A stretch of DNA of 64,000 nucleotides from Candidatus Cloacimonadales bacterium (GCA_963665815.1 OY762463.1:1408001-1472000); one strand, 5' to 3'; positions 30,646-40,999 are shown, counted from the first letter of the stretch. The notes: a model not told the origin generated them from the letters alone. Numbers and translations: made by a program.

Positions 30646-32926
30646 CTACGTTCTTGTTATTTTCATCTGTTCCGTTCCATTTTATTGTATGATGTCCGCT
30701 TTCCTTGTGCTCATTAATGAGCTGTTTAACTTTTTGACCCTTAATATTATACACTTCAATACAGACATTGCCTTCTTCCGGTAAACTATATGAAATTGTT
30801 GTGGTTGGGTTGAACGGGTTGGGGTAGTTATAAGCAATTACCTTGGTATCTCTAAAATCTAAATCCTGATTGAAATTACCTACTGGCTGCCACTCATAAC
30901 AACCCATGTCTACAGTACTGCCGTATGTTCTGGTGTTTCCTGCCAGATCAAGCAGTGGGAAATTACTGCCTGTTACAGATCCGGCATCTACACAGGGACT
31001 TGTTTCCGTAAGATAGTAATACTCTGCAGAAGTTGAATCTCCTCCGACAAACTCCGGCAAAACATCAATATTTGTGTCTTCAAAGACTATTAAGTCTGCG
31101 AAATCTTCTTGTATACAGACTACAGAGCTCTCCCCACCTCTGATAAGGTTATTATATAGCACAGCAGCATCGTTTGGGTTTGATAGATACACAATCAGTT
31201 CACTGGAGTCATACATTGAGTATGGATTATAGAAGATATTATTATATATTTGGGCATCTCCACCACGTACTGCAAATTGTACAAGTTGATCCTGAAAACT
31301 GATATAATTGTTGACAAATGTATTATTACGTACTATGGAAGTACCTTTTGCCGATCTTACATAACCAATGGGCTGAGCATTATAAGACATGTTATTAATT
31401 ACCAGATTATTCTCAAATATTGCCAGACTATCTCCCACAAAATTGTAAGCATTGACATTACCCGGAGCATAACTTGTATTACCATTGAAAATACTGTTTG
31501 ATACAATAACAGAGTCTGCCATTACTCTTACTGCATTGTCATAACATTCAACATGATTTTCTGTTACCTGATTACCGGTGAACTCGCAACTATCAATTAT
31601 TGCCAGTCCAACATCGTTCATGTAAATACCTGAACTCCTATGTGTTGCTGTACAACTTAAGATTTTCATATTTCTTAATTCTACTCTCTTACAATGAATC
31701 AAATATAGTGCTGAGAAATCATCAGCGTTGCAATTTTTGATTACAACATCATTGAACTTTATTTTTTTTCCACTGAATCCATGAAATGATATGCCTTTAC
31801 CTACAGGATTTTCTATTGTCAAACCGGATATTTCGATGTATTGATACTCATACATCGCATAGATTATCCGAGCATTTTCAAGGTACCCTCCAAGATAAGT
31901 GACATCTGAGCCTGCTCCGGCTAATCTACAGTGACTCTTTAATACCGGAGTATTAAATCTGTCCAGAAACTGGAGCGAATAATCTCCGGCTGCAATATGG
32001 ACAGTTTTTGGATTAAGACTGTCTGCTGCTATAAGCCTGCAGGCATCTACTATTGAATACTTTGGATCATCGGGTGAAAGTCCTGAGTTTGCATCATCTC
32101 CATCCATGGATATATACAAATCAGAATTTACAGGAGTTATGTGTCCTCTGAGAATATCAAACTGCATGGGATTACCCGTGTTTGAAGAGTAAAAACTCCA
32201 GTAATTTGCATAATATCGGGATGCTACTGCTTCACTGAATTTATCAAGATAAATCATAGTTACAGTGTTGTAATCTCGTGGTATGGCATAACAATTGATA
32301 TCCATACCACTGTAAGCAAGATTATTGTAAATACTGCATCTGTTGACTGAAGAGAAGATTATTTCTGAATTTATCTCAGGTTCGTACTCTACCCCCCCAC
32401 CCTTCCAGGCAAAGTTATCGTGAATATCAAGTCCGGCTAACTCAATATCTACTTCACCGGATATAAATATTCCCCCCCCGGCAAGAACAACTCGGTTATC
32501 ATAAATTTCGCAATTAGTAATCTTCATATCACCATAAGCCTTAATGCTGATACCCCCACCCACAACACGGTCTTCTCCGTAACCATTGGTAATTGTAAAA
32601 CCCCTTATTTCTGCATTGTTAACCTGCTGGTCCCAGATTTCTATTACCTTGCCGACACCACAGCCATTTAGTATGGTTTCTGCAATATAATGATCTTCTC
32701 CGGTTAGTGCTTCCATAGAGTAAAGCTTTATTGATCTACCGTTAAAATTGAGGTTTACAGCATAAAATCCCGGATATACAAGTACTATATCACCATCGGA
32801 TGAGCTGTCTATCGCCTGCTGTATATCGGTAAAATCTCCGCTGCCATCGAGGTTTACAGTGTGGGTAGCACTTATCAGAAGTATTGGTATCAATGTAACT
32901 ATCAGTATTGCAAGCTGCTTTTTCAT
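30572..32926 (-). CDS. Secreted beta-helix protein with FlgD-Ig/sorting-like tail (paralog 2)
   Basis: Same length (784 aa) and collinear with 28001-30355; offset 2571 bp. Confidence 0.85.
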   Translation of the reverse strand: MKKQLAILIVTLIPILLISATHTVNLDGSGDFTDIQQAIDSSSDGDIVLVYPGFYAVNLNFNGRSIKLYSMEALTGEDHYIAETILNGCGVGKVIEIWDQQVNNAEIRGFTITNGYGEDRVVGGGISIKAYGDMKITNCEIYDNRVVLAGGGIFISGEVDIELAGLDIHDNFAWKGGGVEYEPEINSEIIFSSVNRCSIYNNLAYSGMDINCYAIPRDYNTVTMIYLDKFSEAVASRYYANYWSFYSSNTGNPMQFDILRGHITPVNSDLYISMDGDDANSGLSPDDPKYSIVDACRLIAADSLNPKTVHIAAGDYSLQFLDRFNTPVLKSHCRLAGAGSDVTYLGGYLENARIIYAMYEYQYIEISGLTIENPVGKGISFHGFSGKKIKFNDVVIKNCNADDFSALYLIHCKRVELRNMKILSCTATHRSSGIYMNDVGLAIIDSCEFTGNQVTENHVECYDNAVRVMADSVIVSNSIFNGNTSYAPGNVNAYNFVGDSLAIFENNLVINNMSYNAQPIGYVRSAKGTSIVRNNTFVNNYISFQDQLVQFAVRGGDAQIYNNIFYNPYSMYDSSELIVYLSNPNDAAVLYNNLIRGGESSVVCIQEDFADLIVFEDTNIDVLPEFVGGDSTSAEYYYLTETSPCVDAGSVTGSNFPLLDLAGNTRTYGSTVDMGCYEWQPVGNFNQDLDFRDTKVIAYNYPNPFNPTTTISYSLPEEGNVCIEVYNIKGQKVKQLINEHKESGHHTIKWNGTDENNKNVGSGVYFYKIKTKKSSLINKMIMLK

Positions 32927-33216
32927 AGGTTTCCTTTAATATCTCACTCCATTCGCAAGGTCTTAAGACCATTGCGAAGGTGTGAGATATATTTATTTAT
33001 TGAAAAACACTCCATAGCGATTCGCAGAATGGGCATAGCATTTTCCAATTGGTTTTACACACCCTAAATCGAATAAGTTCGATAGGGTACGATATTTTCC
33101 AACCATTGCGGAGGTCTTAAGACCATTCGCAAGGGGAAAATACTATTTCAACATTATCATTTTGTTTATCAGCGATGATTTTTTGGTTTTGATTTTATAG
33201 AAATATACTCCGGAAC
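32844..33216. repeat. 373-bp junction repeat, copy 2
   Basis: Identical by eye to 30273-30645. Confidence 0.9.
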
Positions 33217-35683
33217 TAACGCTCTTGTTGTTTTCGTCTGTTCCGTTCCATTTTATTGTATGATGTCCGCTTTCTTTATGTTCATTTACAAGCTGTTTAA
33301 CTTTTTGACCTTTTATGTTGTACACTTCGATACAAACATTGCTTTCTTCAGGAAGACTGTATGATATGGTTGTGGTTGGGTTAAACGGGTTAGGGTAGTT
33401 CTTACAGGCAAAAGAATAAGCTTCCGGAGCTTCTTCTTCCTTATAATCATGCTCAACATAAGAAATTCTGACTCTCTGATGTTCAGGACTCAGTCTGATA
33501 TCCTTTTCCATATACTTTTTCTGTTCCGCATCATAAACTTGCAGATTCTCTGAGAAAACCTCTTCACGTTCTCCATACCATTTTACAATATCAATATTGG
33601 CATCATAAAGGTCATCTGTAACATATGCGAATACTGCAGCATCCTGACCATGAACAACAGAAGCACCAATACATTCACCATTGGCATATACAGCAATTTC
33701 CTGAGGAATATCATCCGGAGCGAACTCAAATACAAATGTATTATAATCAGCTTGTTCAGTATAGTCAAAGTAATTTAGATCCGTATCTGCCTCAATATTA
33801 TTGAAAACAGTAGTAACAACACTTCCACCACCTGTGGACACAAATCCTTCATCCCAGATGAATGACGCAGGATTTTCAGTTTCAACAACTATCATGTCAC
33901 CGTATTGCACACCATCATAATAATCCATATTTGCCACGCCTTCCCAGGTGATAATCATCTGAGAAAACAGACTGTCTCCTATAATTTCTACGTGTTTTTC
34001 GTAAGACCAATATTGACCATGAATACTCTTTAGCTGGTTGCCTAAAGTACCTCCAAAAGCTGCCGTTGGTGACGTAGATGATTCCGAACCATAATAGCAA
34101 ACCCAGGTTTCTACTTTACCAAATGGTATACTTACCGGTTCATCATTTCTTATGCATACCCCATGATAATTATTGATCGCTGCCCCGTTATCTATCTGTA
34201 CTTTATATCCTTTATATTGTTTCAGTATCTCGGAGTTATCGCTCCAATTTCCTTCATCATTTTCTGATGTTGCAATAGTCATATCCTCATCAGCATAATC
34301 TGGTGTCTGATAACTGAATTGATGAACAGTAAATGGATCGTCATCCTCCATAAAATCAGCAAAGAAACCATCTAACTGGTCATGGTTACCAATTGGGTCA
34401 ATAACAGGGAAACCTACCCAGAACCAGTTCTCGGTTTTAGGGTCATCCGTATCAAACTGGTAGTTAAGGCGTTTGTCTTCAAATTGTATTGCACCGATAT
34501 CTGTTGTAGTTCCGTCCTGCTGGATTTCAACTCCAATCAATGGAGATTTTCCTTCATCATCCCAGATCAGGGAATAATCATCATTATCAGGGTCTGCAAA
34601 CATCGGATTAGTTTCTACTGAAAGATTCGGGAACATTACTGATGAATAATATGGATCAAAGAAGTCACTTTCTATTGCTTCACAGACAGTATTACTAAAT
34701 ACAGTATTAGTTTGTACTCCGGTTGGATAATCAATATAGCAATTAGAAATGTTTGCTGTAAAGTTCCATGGATCTGTTGTATACCCCAGATATGCACCAT
34801 GATACTGATTATCAAAATAATGACCGTCAAGAATAGTACATTTATTCAGATTTAAAAAGCGTGTTTCTATTTCCGGACTAAACTCATTATAGTTATCATA
34901 CATCAAGACATTTTCCATAGTTACTGAGTTGGCTTTAATTGTACTGCATATATACCCTGTTAGATTCAAATCCTCAGCACTGTTGTTGTAAATGAAAGAG
35001 TTTCTTATTGTTACTCCTCCTGAGACATTCAGTACAGCAGAACCATACTGATAATCACCATCAGTGATTGACATGTTTTCCAATGTTATATTTGAACCTG
35101 TAACTTGTATTACCGGATTAGTCCCTACTCCTTTCAATATTGTTTTATCTGGTCCAGCACCTCGTAGTGTAACATTATTATTATATATATAGACAAATCC
35201 ATGAAATGTACCTTCAGGGACGTTAACTACACTGTTTGCGGGAGCATTAGCTATCATTGTCTGAACAGGACTGATAGAACCGATTCCTTCCTGATAAAAC
35301 TGAACAAGACATGGATCACCATAAAAATCGTTGTTCTGGTAGATTTGAAGGTAACAGCCTCCATTCCTTGAAACCGGATCTGAATTAGCCGATATATTAA
35401 ATGTAAAAGTGAAATACTGGACATTATTATAAGAGTGATAACTATAACTTCCAAGTGAAATCCAGGAAGGAAATGCAGCTCCACTGTTATGAATACCAAT
35501 AAATTGATTTGCAGTTAAATTTCCCCCGGTTACATATACATCGATATCAATTGATGTTGCTCCGAAACTTACATAATGTGGTCCGGGAACTTCTTGTTGA
35601 AATCCAGAATCAGCAAAATTGGTTGTCGAGAATAATCCACAAATTAGCAGATTAGCTAAAACTAAGAGAATATTTCTTTTCAT
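33143..35683 (-). CDS. Secreted protein: BACON-like N-domain, pectin-lyase-like beta-helix, FlgD-Ig/sorting-like tail
   Basis: Start moved to ATG 35683 after GAAGGAG; signal peptide; TLRGAGPDKTIL; NPMFADPDNDDY; NYPNPFNP tail nearly identical to the two paralogs. Confidence 0.8.
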   Translation of the reverse strand: MKRNILLVLANLLICGLFSTTNFADSGFQQEVPGPHYVSFGATSIDIDVYVTGGNLTANQFIGIHNSGAAFPSWISLGSYSYHSYNNVQYFTFTFNISANSDPVSRNGGCYLQIYQNNDFYGDPCLVQFYQEGIGSISPVQTMIANAPANSVVNVPEGTFHGFVYIYNNNVTLRGAGPDKTILKGVGTNPVIQVTGSNITLENMSITDGDYQYGSAVLNVSGGVTIRNSFIYNNSAEDLNLTGYICSTIKANSVTMENVLMYDNYNEFSPEIETRFLNLNKCTILDGHYFDNQYHGAYLGYTTDPWNFTANISNCYIDYPTGVQTNTVFSNTVCEAIESDFFDPYYSSVMFPNLSVETNPMFADPDNDDYSLIWDDEGKSPLIGVEIQQDGTTTDIGAIQFEDKRLNYQFDTDDPKTENWFWVGFPVIDPIGNHDQLDGFFADFMEDDDPFTVHQFSYQTPDYADEDMTIATSENDEGNWSDNSEILKQYKGYKVQIDNGAAINNYHGVCIRNDEPVSIPFGKVETWVCYYGSESSTSPTAAFGGTLGNQLKSIHGQYWSYEKHVEIIGDSLFSQMIITWEGVANMDYYDGVQYGDMIVVETENPASFIWDEGFVSTGGGSVVTTVFNNIEADTDLNYFDYTEQADYNTFVFEFAPDDIPQEIAVYANGECIGASVVHGQDAAVFAYVTDDLYDANIDIVKWYGEREEVFSENLQVYDAEQKKYMEKDIRLSPEHQRVRISYVEHDYKEEEAPEAYSFACKNYPNPFNPTTTISYSLPEESNVCIEVYNIKGQKVKQLVNEHKESGHHTIKWNGTDENNKSVSSGVYFYKIKTKKSSLINKMIMLK

Positions 35684-36094
35684 TCTTTCTCCTTCTGTGG
35701 AAATGAGAAAAAACTTGCACACAAATCATAATCCTGCAATAATGTATTCAGGAAATGGGTTTGTTGCGGTCTTCTTGCCGGAAGCTATTGTTTGCATTCT
35801 CATTTCCGTTTTTTTGATACTATAATATTGTCATTTTGAAATTGAGTATTTTGGAAACCAGATTACTACATTAAGAGAACCTTACACAGGGAAAAATACA
35901 TACTTATAAAGAAACACAACTACATATCTGCAAGAATTCAAAATATTGTCTAAGAGCTTTTATCTGTTGAAACTGTAGATGAATTTCATCGAAGCTCTTT
36001 AAATTCTACACCGATATAAAACTTTCCATTTGATCAATTGAGAACAAATCTGGGGGAGGCATGTCAAGGTATTTTTGCGTATTTTGGAATCCCC

Positions 36095-36347
36095 CCGTTT
36101 TTTCTTGAAAATCTGACTTCAAGAAAATTGGAAGGATTTTTAGCAGACATTTCTTAGAAAAATGCACTATTCATTTTCTTTGGTGCCAAAGAAAACGAAA
36201 CAAAAGAAAATTGAGAAGTTGATGAAATTGTAAATTTCATCGAAAAGCACTCTTTTTAAAATGTATTTCCAGTAAACTGGAACCATGAATTTTCCCTAAA
36301 ATCCTTCCAAGGCTTCAGGATTTCTTAACGGTTAAATTTATTATACA
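36095..36347. repeat. MITE/REP-like dispersed element
   Basis: TTCATTTTCTTTG..CCAAAG.AAACGAA.CAAAAGAAA plus a 40-bp block (36292-36331) identical to 44051-44090; imperfect inverted copy of that block at about 36095-36143. Confidence 0.6.
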
Positions 36348-36805
36348 GTAAAAAAAGAGAAAATACTATCTTCAATGCAAAACAATCATACTTAGTTCAA
36401 AGCTATTACATTGATTCATATTTTCCACTGATTTAATGTTTCAAAACTTTTATTTATAATAAGTTATACATACATTGTATTTGGGTTTCGGGGGGATGCA
36501 TGATTTTTTTCAATAATGAGGATACTTTGACATTTATTGATTAGTTATTCATTCACCCACTAATTATGAATCCTCCTCCCCCACAATTTTCTCTGCTTTC
36601 ACACAATTAATTTCTACTCTCTTAACAAACTCTGATATATCTTTTATGTAGGAAGTTCTGTAATTATGACCAAAAGTTTTCTTTAATTCAATATTTTAAG
36701 AACGAATACACATAATGGAGAAAAGTAAAAAATTGTCTTGACGTAATTTAAGGGTTTCAAGTCCTATCCTCCATCTTGAAGACACTAAGAAAAAAGGAAT
36801 TTAGC

Positions 36806-38872
36806 GTGAATATTGAGAAACTCAGAAATATAGGCATCAGTGCTCATATAGACTCAGGTAAGACTACTCTTACCGAAAGAATTTTGTATTATTGTAATAA
36901 AATACACAGAATAGGCGAAGTACGCGGGAAAGACGGTGTTGGAGCCACAATGGACTCCATGGAACTGGAAAAAGAACGCGGCATTACAATCTCCTCCGCT
37001 GCGACCAACGTAGAGTGGAAAGACCACCCTATTAACATTATTGATACCCCCGGACACGTTGACTTTACCGTAGAAGTTGAACAGGCCCTGCGTGTTCTGG
37101 ACGGAGCAGTACTCGTGCTGTGCTCAGTTGGTGGCGTGCAGTCACAATCTTACGTCGTAGACAGACAGATGAAACGTTACAACGTTCCAAGACTGGCATT
37201 CATTAATAAATGCGACAGAGTTGGAGCTAATCCGGAAAAGGTAACGGAACAGCTCTGTGAAAAACTCGATCACCATGCAGTAATGATGCAGATTCCTATT
37301 GGACTCGGTAACGAGTTTGAAGGAATTATCGATCTTGTAAAAATGGAAGCTCATTTTTATGAAGGAGCAAACAACGAGCAGGTACTTATTAAAGAAATAC
37401 CTGAAGAATATATGGAAGAAGCAAAACATAAGAGAGAAGAAATGATCGACCAGATTACTCTCTACTGTGATGATCTTGCAGAAGCATTCCTCGAAGGCGA
37501 AGAAACCGAAGAAATGATTTACGAAGCTGTTAGAAAAGGTACGATTTCTCTGGCACTTACACCTGTATTTGTTGGTTCTGCTTTCAAAAACAAAGGTGTT
37601 CGTATGCTTCTTGATGCGGTGCTGCAATACCTGCCTTCTCCAAAAGATATCGAGAACCATGCTCAGGATATGGATAATGATGGTGAAGATGTTCTGCTTG
37701 AATGTACTCCGGACAAACCATTTGTCGGTCTTGCCTTCAAACTTGAAGCTCAGCAGTATGGACAACTCACGTACATCAGAGTTTATCAGGGAAGCCTCAA
37801 TAAAGGCGACAACCTTGTAAACAGACGTACAAGGAAAAGAATAAAGGTTGGACGTCTTGTAAGAATGCACGCAAGCAGTATGGAAGACATTACATACGCC
37901 AGAGCAGGAAACATTGTAGCTCTGTTTGGTGTTGACTGTGCTCTTGGTGATACGTTTACGGGCGAGGATATCAATTACTCACTGAGAGAAACTTTTGCTC
38001 CTGAACCAATTATTTCGCTGGCTCTCATTGTGAAAGACACTAAGTCAAATGATCAGCTTTCCAAAGCCCTTAACCGTTTCACCAAGGAAGATCCTACTTT
38101 TAAAGCTTATATTGATGAAGAAACATCAGAAACTATTATCTCCGGTATGGGAGAACTTCACCTTAACGTATACGTGGAAAGAATAAGACGTGAATACGGT
38201 GTTAATGTTGATGTTGGAGCACCTAAAGTTTCTTACAGAGAAACATTCAAGAAACACGTAACATTCGATTATACACATAAAAAACAATCCGGTGGTCGCG
38301 GACAGTACGCAAGAGTCCAGGGAACGTTCTCACCATCAGGTTCAGATGAGAACATTTTTGAAGATAATATCAAAGGTGGAGTTATTCCATCCAACTATAT
38401 CCCGGGCTGTGAAAAAGGCTTTTTCAATTGTATGGATAAAGGTCAGATCACAGGATTTCCTCTTGTAGGTGTCAAAATGACGCTTGACGATGGTAATTTT
38501 CACCCGGTAGACTCATCTATGCTTGCATTTGAAGTTGCTACGAGAGATGCTTTCAGAGAGCATTACGGACAAAGCAGTATTAAAATCCTTGAACCGGTTA
38601 TGAATGTTTCCATTGATACACCATCCGAGTTCAGATCTAATGTACTTGCTGTTGTGAATCAGAGACGCGGTTTAATTACAGATACAGTCGTAGAAGATCA
38701 CTTTACCAAGATTGAAGCCGAGATTCCTTTAAGCGAAACTTTTGGTATGGCAACAGTAATCAGATCATCCACTCAGGGAAAAGCCGAGTTCACAATGATG
38801 TTCAGTTCCTACAAGCCTGTTCCTGCTCAGATAGAAGAAGAGCTTATTCAGGAAATGAGGAACAAAAAGTAA
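36806..38872 (+). CDS. fusA: Elongation factor G, stand-alone copy
   Basis: [50 protein letters not shown] start after AAGGA. Confidence 0.96.
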   Translation: MNIEKLRNIGISAHIDSGKTTLTERILYYCNKIHRIGEVRGKDGVGATMDSMELEKERGITISSAATNVEWKDHPINIIDTPGHVDFTVEVEQALRVLDGAVLVLCSVGGVQSQSYVVDRQMKRYNVPRLAFINKCDRVGANPEKVTEQLCEKLDHHAVMMQIPIGLGNEFEGIIDLVKMEAHFYEGANNEQVLIKEIPEEYMEEAKHKREEMIDQITLYCDDLAEAFLEGEETEEMIYEAVRKGTISLALTPVFVGSAFKNKGVRMLLDAVLQYLPSPKDIENHAQDMDNDGEDVLLECTPDKPFVGLAFKLEAQQYGQLTYIRVYQGSLNKGDNLVNRRTRKRIKVGRLVRMHASSMEDITYARAGNIVALFGVDCALGDTFTGEDINYSLRETFAPEPIISLALIVKDTKSNDQLSKALNRFTKEDPTFKAYIDEETSETIISGMGELHLNVYVERIRREYGVNVDVGAPKVSYRETFKKHVTFDYTHKKQSGGRGQYARVQGTFSPSGSDENIFEDNIKGGVIPSNYIPGCEKGFFNCMDKGQITGFPLVGVKMTLDDGNFHPVDSSMLAFEVATRDAFREHYGQSSIKILEPVMNVSIDTPSEFRSNVLAVVNQRRGLITDTVVEDHFTKIEAEIPLSETFGMATVIRSSTQGKAEFTMMFSSYKPVPAQIEEELIQEMRNKK

Positions 38873-38913
38873 CCCCAACAAACTCATATAGATCAAGAGT
38901 ACTTTGCTTGATA

Positions 38914-39070
38914 AGAGCTTTGCATAATATCACAACCAAATAGCTTTGGTGAAAAGTTTCGATGAGATTTTTGAATTCATCAAGAAAGTTTCTTTAAGAA
39001 GCATATTCTGGTGCAGAATTTGATGAATCATAAAATCGAATCAACTATTCAGGTTAGGCAAAGATTTCTT
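38914..39070. repeat. Dispersed hairpin-forming repeat, copy A
   Basis: GAGATTTTTGAATTCA.CAAGAAA...CAGAATTTGATGAAT..TAAAAT aligns with 62492-62650. Confidence 0.65.
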
Positions 39071-39165
39071 ATCGAATACCAACCTTGCTGCAATGAACTC
39101 GAGAGTAACAGAACATTTGACCTTGGTTTTATAACTAAGGTCTCACAAGATTCCTTCTCAAAACA

Positions 39166-39196
39166 AAACAGTCACCCGTCAGTGACTGTTTTTTTT
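39166..39196. terminator. Bidirectional terminator-like hairpin
   Basis: AAACAGTCAC-ccgtca-GTGACTGTTT with T/A runs on both sides. Confidence 0.75.
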
Positions 39197-39220
39197 ATTG
39201 TGAAAATACCAGTGTTTCAT
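39179..39220 (-). CDS. Micro-ORF MKHWYFHNKKNSH (truncated-element variant of MKHWYFP)
   Basis: GAGGAG-6nt-ATG AAA CAC TGG TAT TTT, then homology ends and the frame runs into the terminator hairpin. Confidence 0.35.
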   Translation of the reverse strand: MKHWYFHNKKNSH

Positions 39221-39592
39221 ACTGTACTCCTCACTTTTAGGTGGTTATAAATTGCCTTTCTTGTTTTTGAAGTTGAACTCCCTTCATTTTCTTTAAATGA
39301 CTGTAAAAAGATACTTTCTCATTAACGGACTAGTTGATGAAATTAGGAAATTTCATCGAATCCGATTAGAACAAGGTATCCGGTTTTTGAAATTCACACA
39401 CAAATGCTGTTAAGCGTTACCAATTATACATTATCGGGTATTTTCCACCCACACAACAAAATAACAGTGCAATTGTTAATAGAGTTTCAGGAATTTGTCA
39501 ATAAATAAGTTTGTGGATTATGGGACTTTTGTCAGAATTGTCAAAGTGTGTTGTTATAAGTGGTAAATAAAATTTGTCACAATTCTGATTTG
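39203..39592 (-). repeat. Long intergenic element, copy 1 (truncated, no downstream cargo)
   Basis: Blocks shared with 41003-41589 and 43655-44288. Confidence 0.9.
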
Positions 39593-39594
39593 GA

Positions 39595-40028
39595 TCTAGT
39601 ATGTGCCTTATACCATAACTATGAAGAAACTAATGCATCGACACTTGATACAGGTATTGCATCAGAACCTGTATAATTTTGGTCTGTACTGATATCCCAA
39701 GTTTTGTTGTTTATATATTCATCAGTAGCATTAACAAATATTGTGTTCCCATTTGCATTACCTGTTGATGCGTTTATAATTAATTGGCTACACATTGAAG
39801 CAGTAAAATAATTAAACGTCCCAGTCCAAAAATATGAGTCATTTATAACTTTGATTTGAGTATGCCCATTCACATTTAGATCAAAGATTGGTACCTGCAA
39901 ATTAATCATGAAATTCATTGTAACTAGCCAACCTAGATTCCACAGTGCTTCTTCAAAAAGATCAGTGATTACACTTTCAAAGATAACTGGTAGATCAATA
40001 GCATTATTACAGAAATTATTGATCGCAT
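39595..40028 (-). pseudogene. Decayed secreted zinc metalloprotease (metzincin/matrixin-like)
   Basis: GGAGG-ATG at 40028 gives signal-like MRSIISVIMLLIYQLSLKV*; the body is in another frame; 39603-39638 reads MH*FLHSYGIRH, i.e. HExxHxxGxxH with TAG at the Glu position. Confidence 0.65.
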
Positions 40029-40999
40029 AGTACCTCCCTTTCAAGATCACGCAACAATTCCCTCATTTTTTCAAACATTTCTTCGTAATTATTATATTTT
40101 GTAACATATTCATCCAGTGCTTCTCCCATAGTTGCATAAATAACTCCTTCGGGATAAATTGGAGGATAGATTTTCGGTTTCCCTCCCGAGATATCATATA
40201 TTGCTGTGCTATTGGAAATATAGGAATCATTAATGAAAACTTCAGAGTTTTCGTTTGGTGATACATCAGTTGTTTTGACGAAGCGATAATCGTAGTTAAT
40301 AAGATATATTTCACCTATCTCAAATTTTCTCAAATCGTTTTGCATAACTATATCAATTTCAACTTCATGGTTTTCTAACAAATTAAATGGTGTTTCCAGT
40401 ACTTTAAACTTATTATGAAGTGTTCTTCCATACTTATCACTTTCAGTGTAATTTTCAAGCTGAACTAAAGCCCAATAATCATATCGTTGTAGAACAGACA
40501 ACATAATGTAATTATTATTGCTTTTAATGAATCTCCTCCATAATTTTCCTCTTATGCTTGAAATCTTGGGCAGATTTCTAAGAATATTTCTTCCACGTTG
40601 TTGCATTTCAATTATTGTGTTTGGGTTCAACATCAATGATCTAAGCTCATCAGCACTATATAAATTTGGTCGAAGTGCTCCTTCATAGTTTGAGTTAATG
40701 TAATTCATTTCTGCCCAGAATTTTTTATGATAGATCTTAATCTTTATATCATAATAAACAATTTTCATTAGGGTTCTGTCATCAAAATTATCTAAGTATT
40801 TTTCAGTTATGCTATTTAGATTTTTCCCCGGTTCCCACTGCTTGTGTATCTCCGTCATAGCTTTTCTGAAGAATTCCATATACTCTCTGACCATTGGGAC
40901 ATCTTCCCCGGTAACGCTGGAGTATTTAAGTTTTATTTCATCGGCACACATACTTGCTGTAACAAGTGTAATTAATGCCAGTATTATTAGTTTTTTCAT
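40016..40999 (-). CDS. Secreted hypothetical protein
   Basis: Signal peptide MKKLIILALITLVTASMCA; AAGGA RBS; TTGACA-16-TAAAAT upstream. Confidence 0.8.
   Translation of the reverse strand: MKKLIILALITLVTASMCADEIKLKYSSVTGEDVPMVREYMEFFRKAMTEIHKQWEPGKNLNSITEKYLDNFDDRTLMKIVYYDIKIKIYHKKFWAEMNYINSNYEGALRPNLYSADELRSLMLNPNTIIEMQQRGRNILRNLPKISSIRGKLWRRFIKSNNNYIMLSVLQRYDYWALVQLENYTESDKYGRTLHNKFKVLETPFNLLENHEVEIDIVMQNDLRKFEIGEIYLINYDYRFVKTTDVSPNENSEVFINDSYISNSTAIYDISGGKPKIYPPIYPEGVIYATMGEALDEYVTKYNNYEEMFEKMRELLRDLEREVLCDQ

Noticed and set aside
30290-33067. Two identical 68-aa + strand ORFs (30290-30496, 32861-33067)
   Set aside because: They are antisense to the paralog starts and cross the palindromic spacer. 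Their identity simply follows from the 373-bp repeat.
28001-35683. Diversity-generating retroelement acting on the repeated C-terminal tails
   Set aside because: There is no reverse transcriptase in the window, and the differences are largely synonymous and not confined to adenines.
37142-37870. 242-aa minus-strand ORF and other long antisense ORFs in the track
   Set aside because: They lie wholly inside well-supported genes on the opposite strand (here fusA), as expected of codon-bias shadows.
14419-39632. Amber (TAG) recoding, since TAG sits at expected Glu positions in both the integrase tail and the metzincin motif
   Set aside because: Many intact genes here end at TAG at their natural C-termini (e.g. 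5234, 11266, 13799). Both cases lie in otherwise broken genes, and GAG to TAG is a single substitution.
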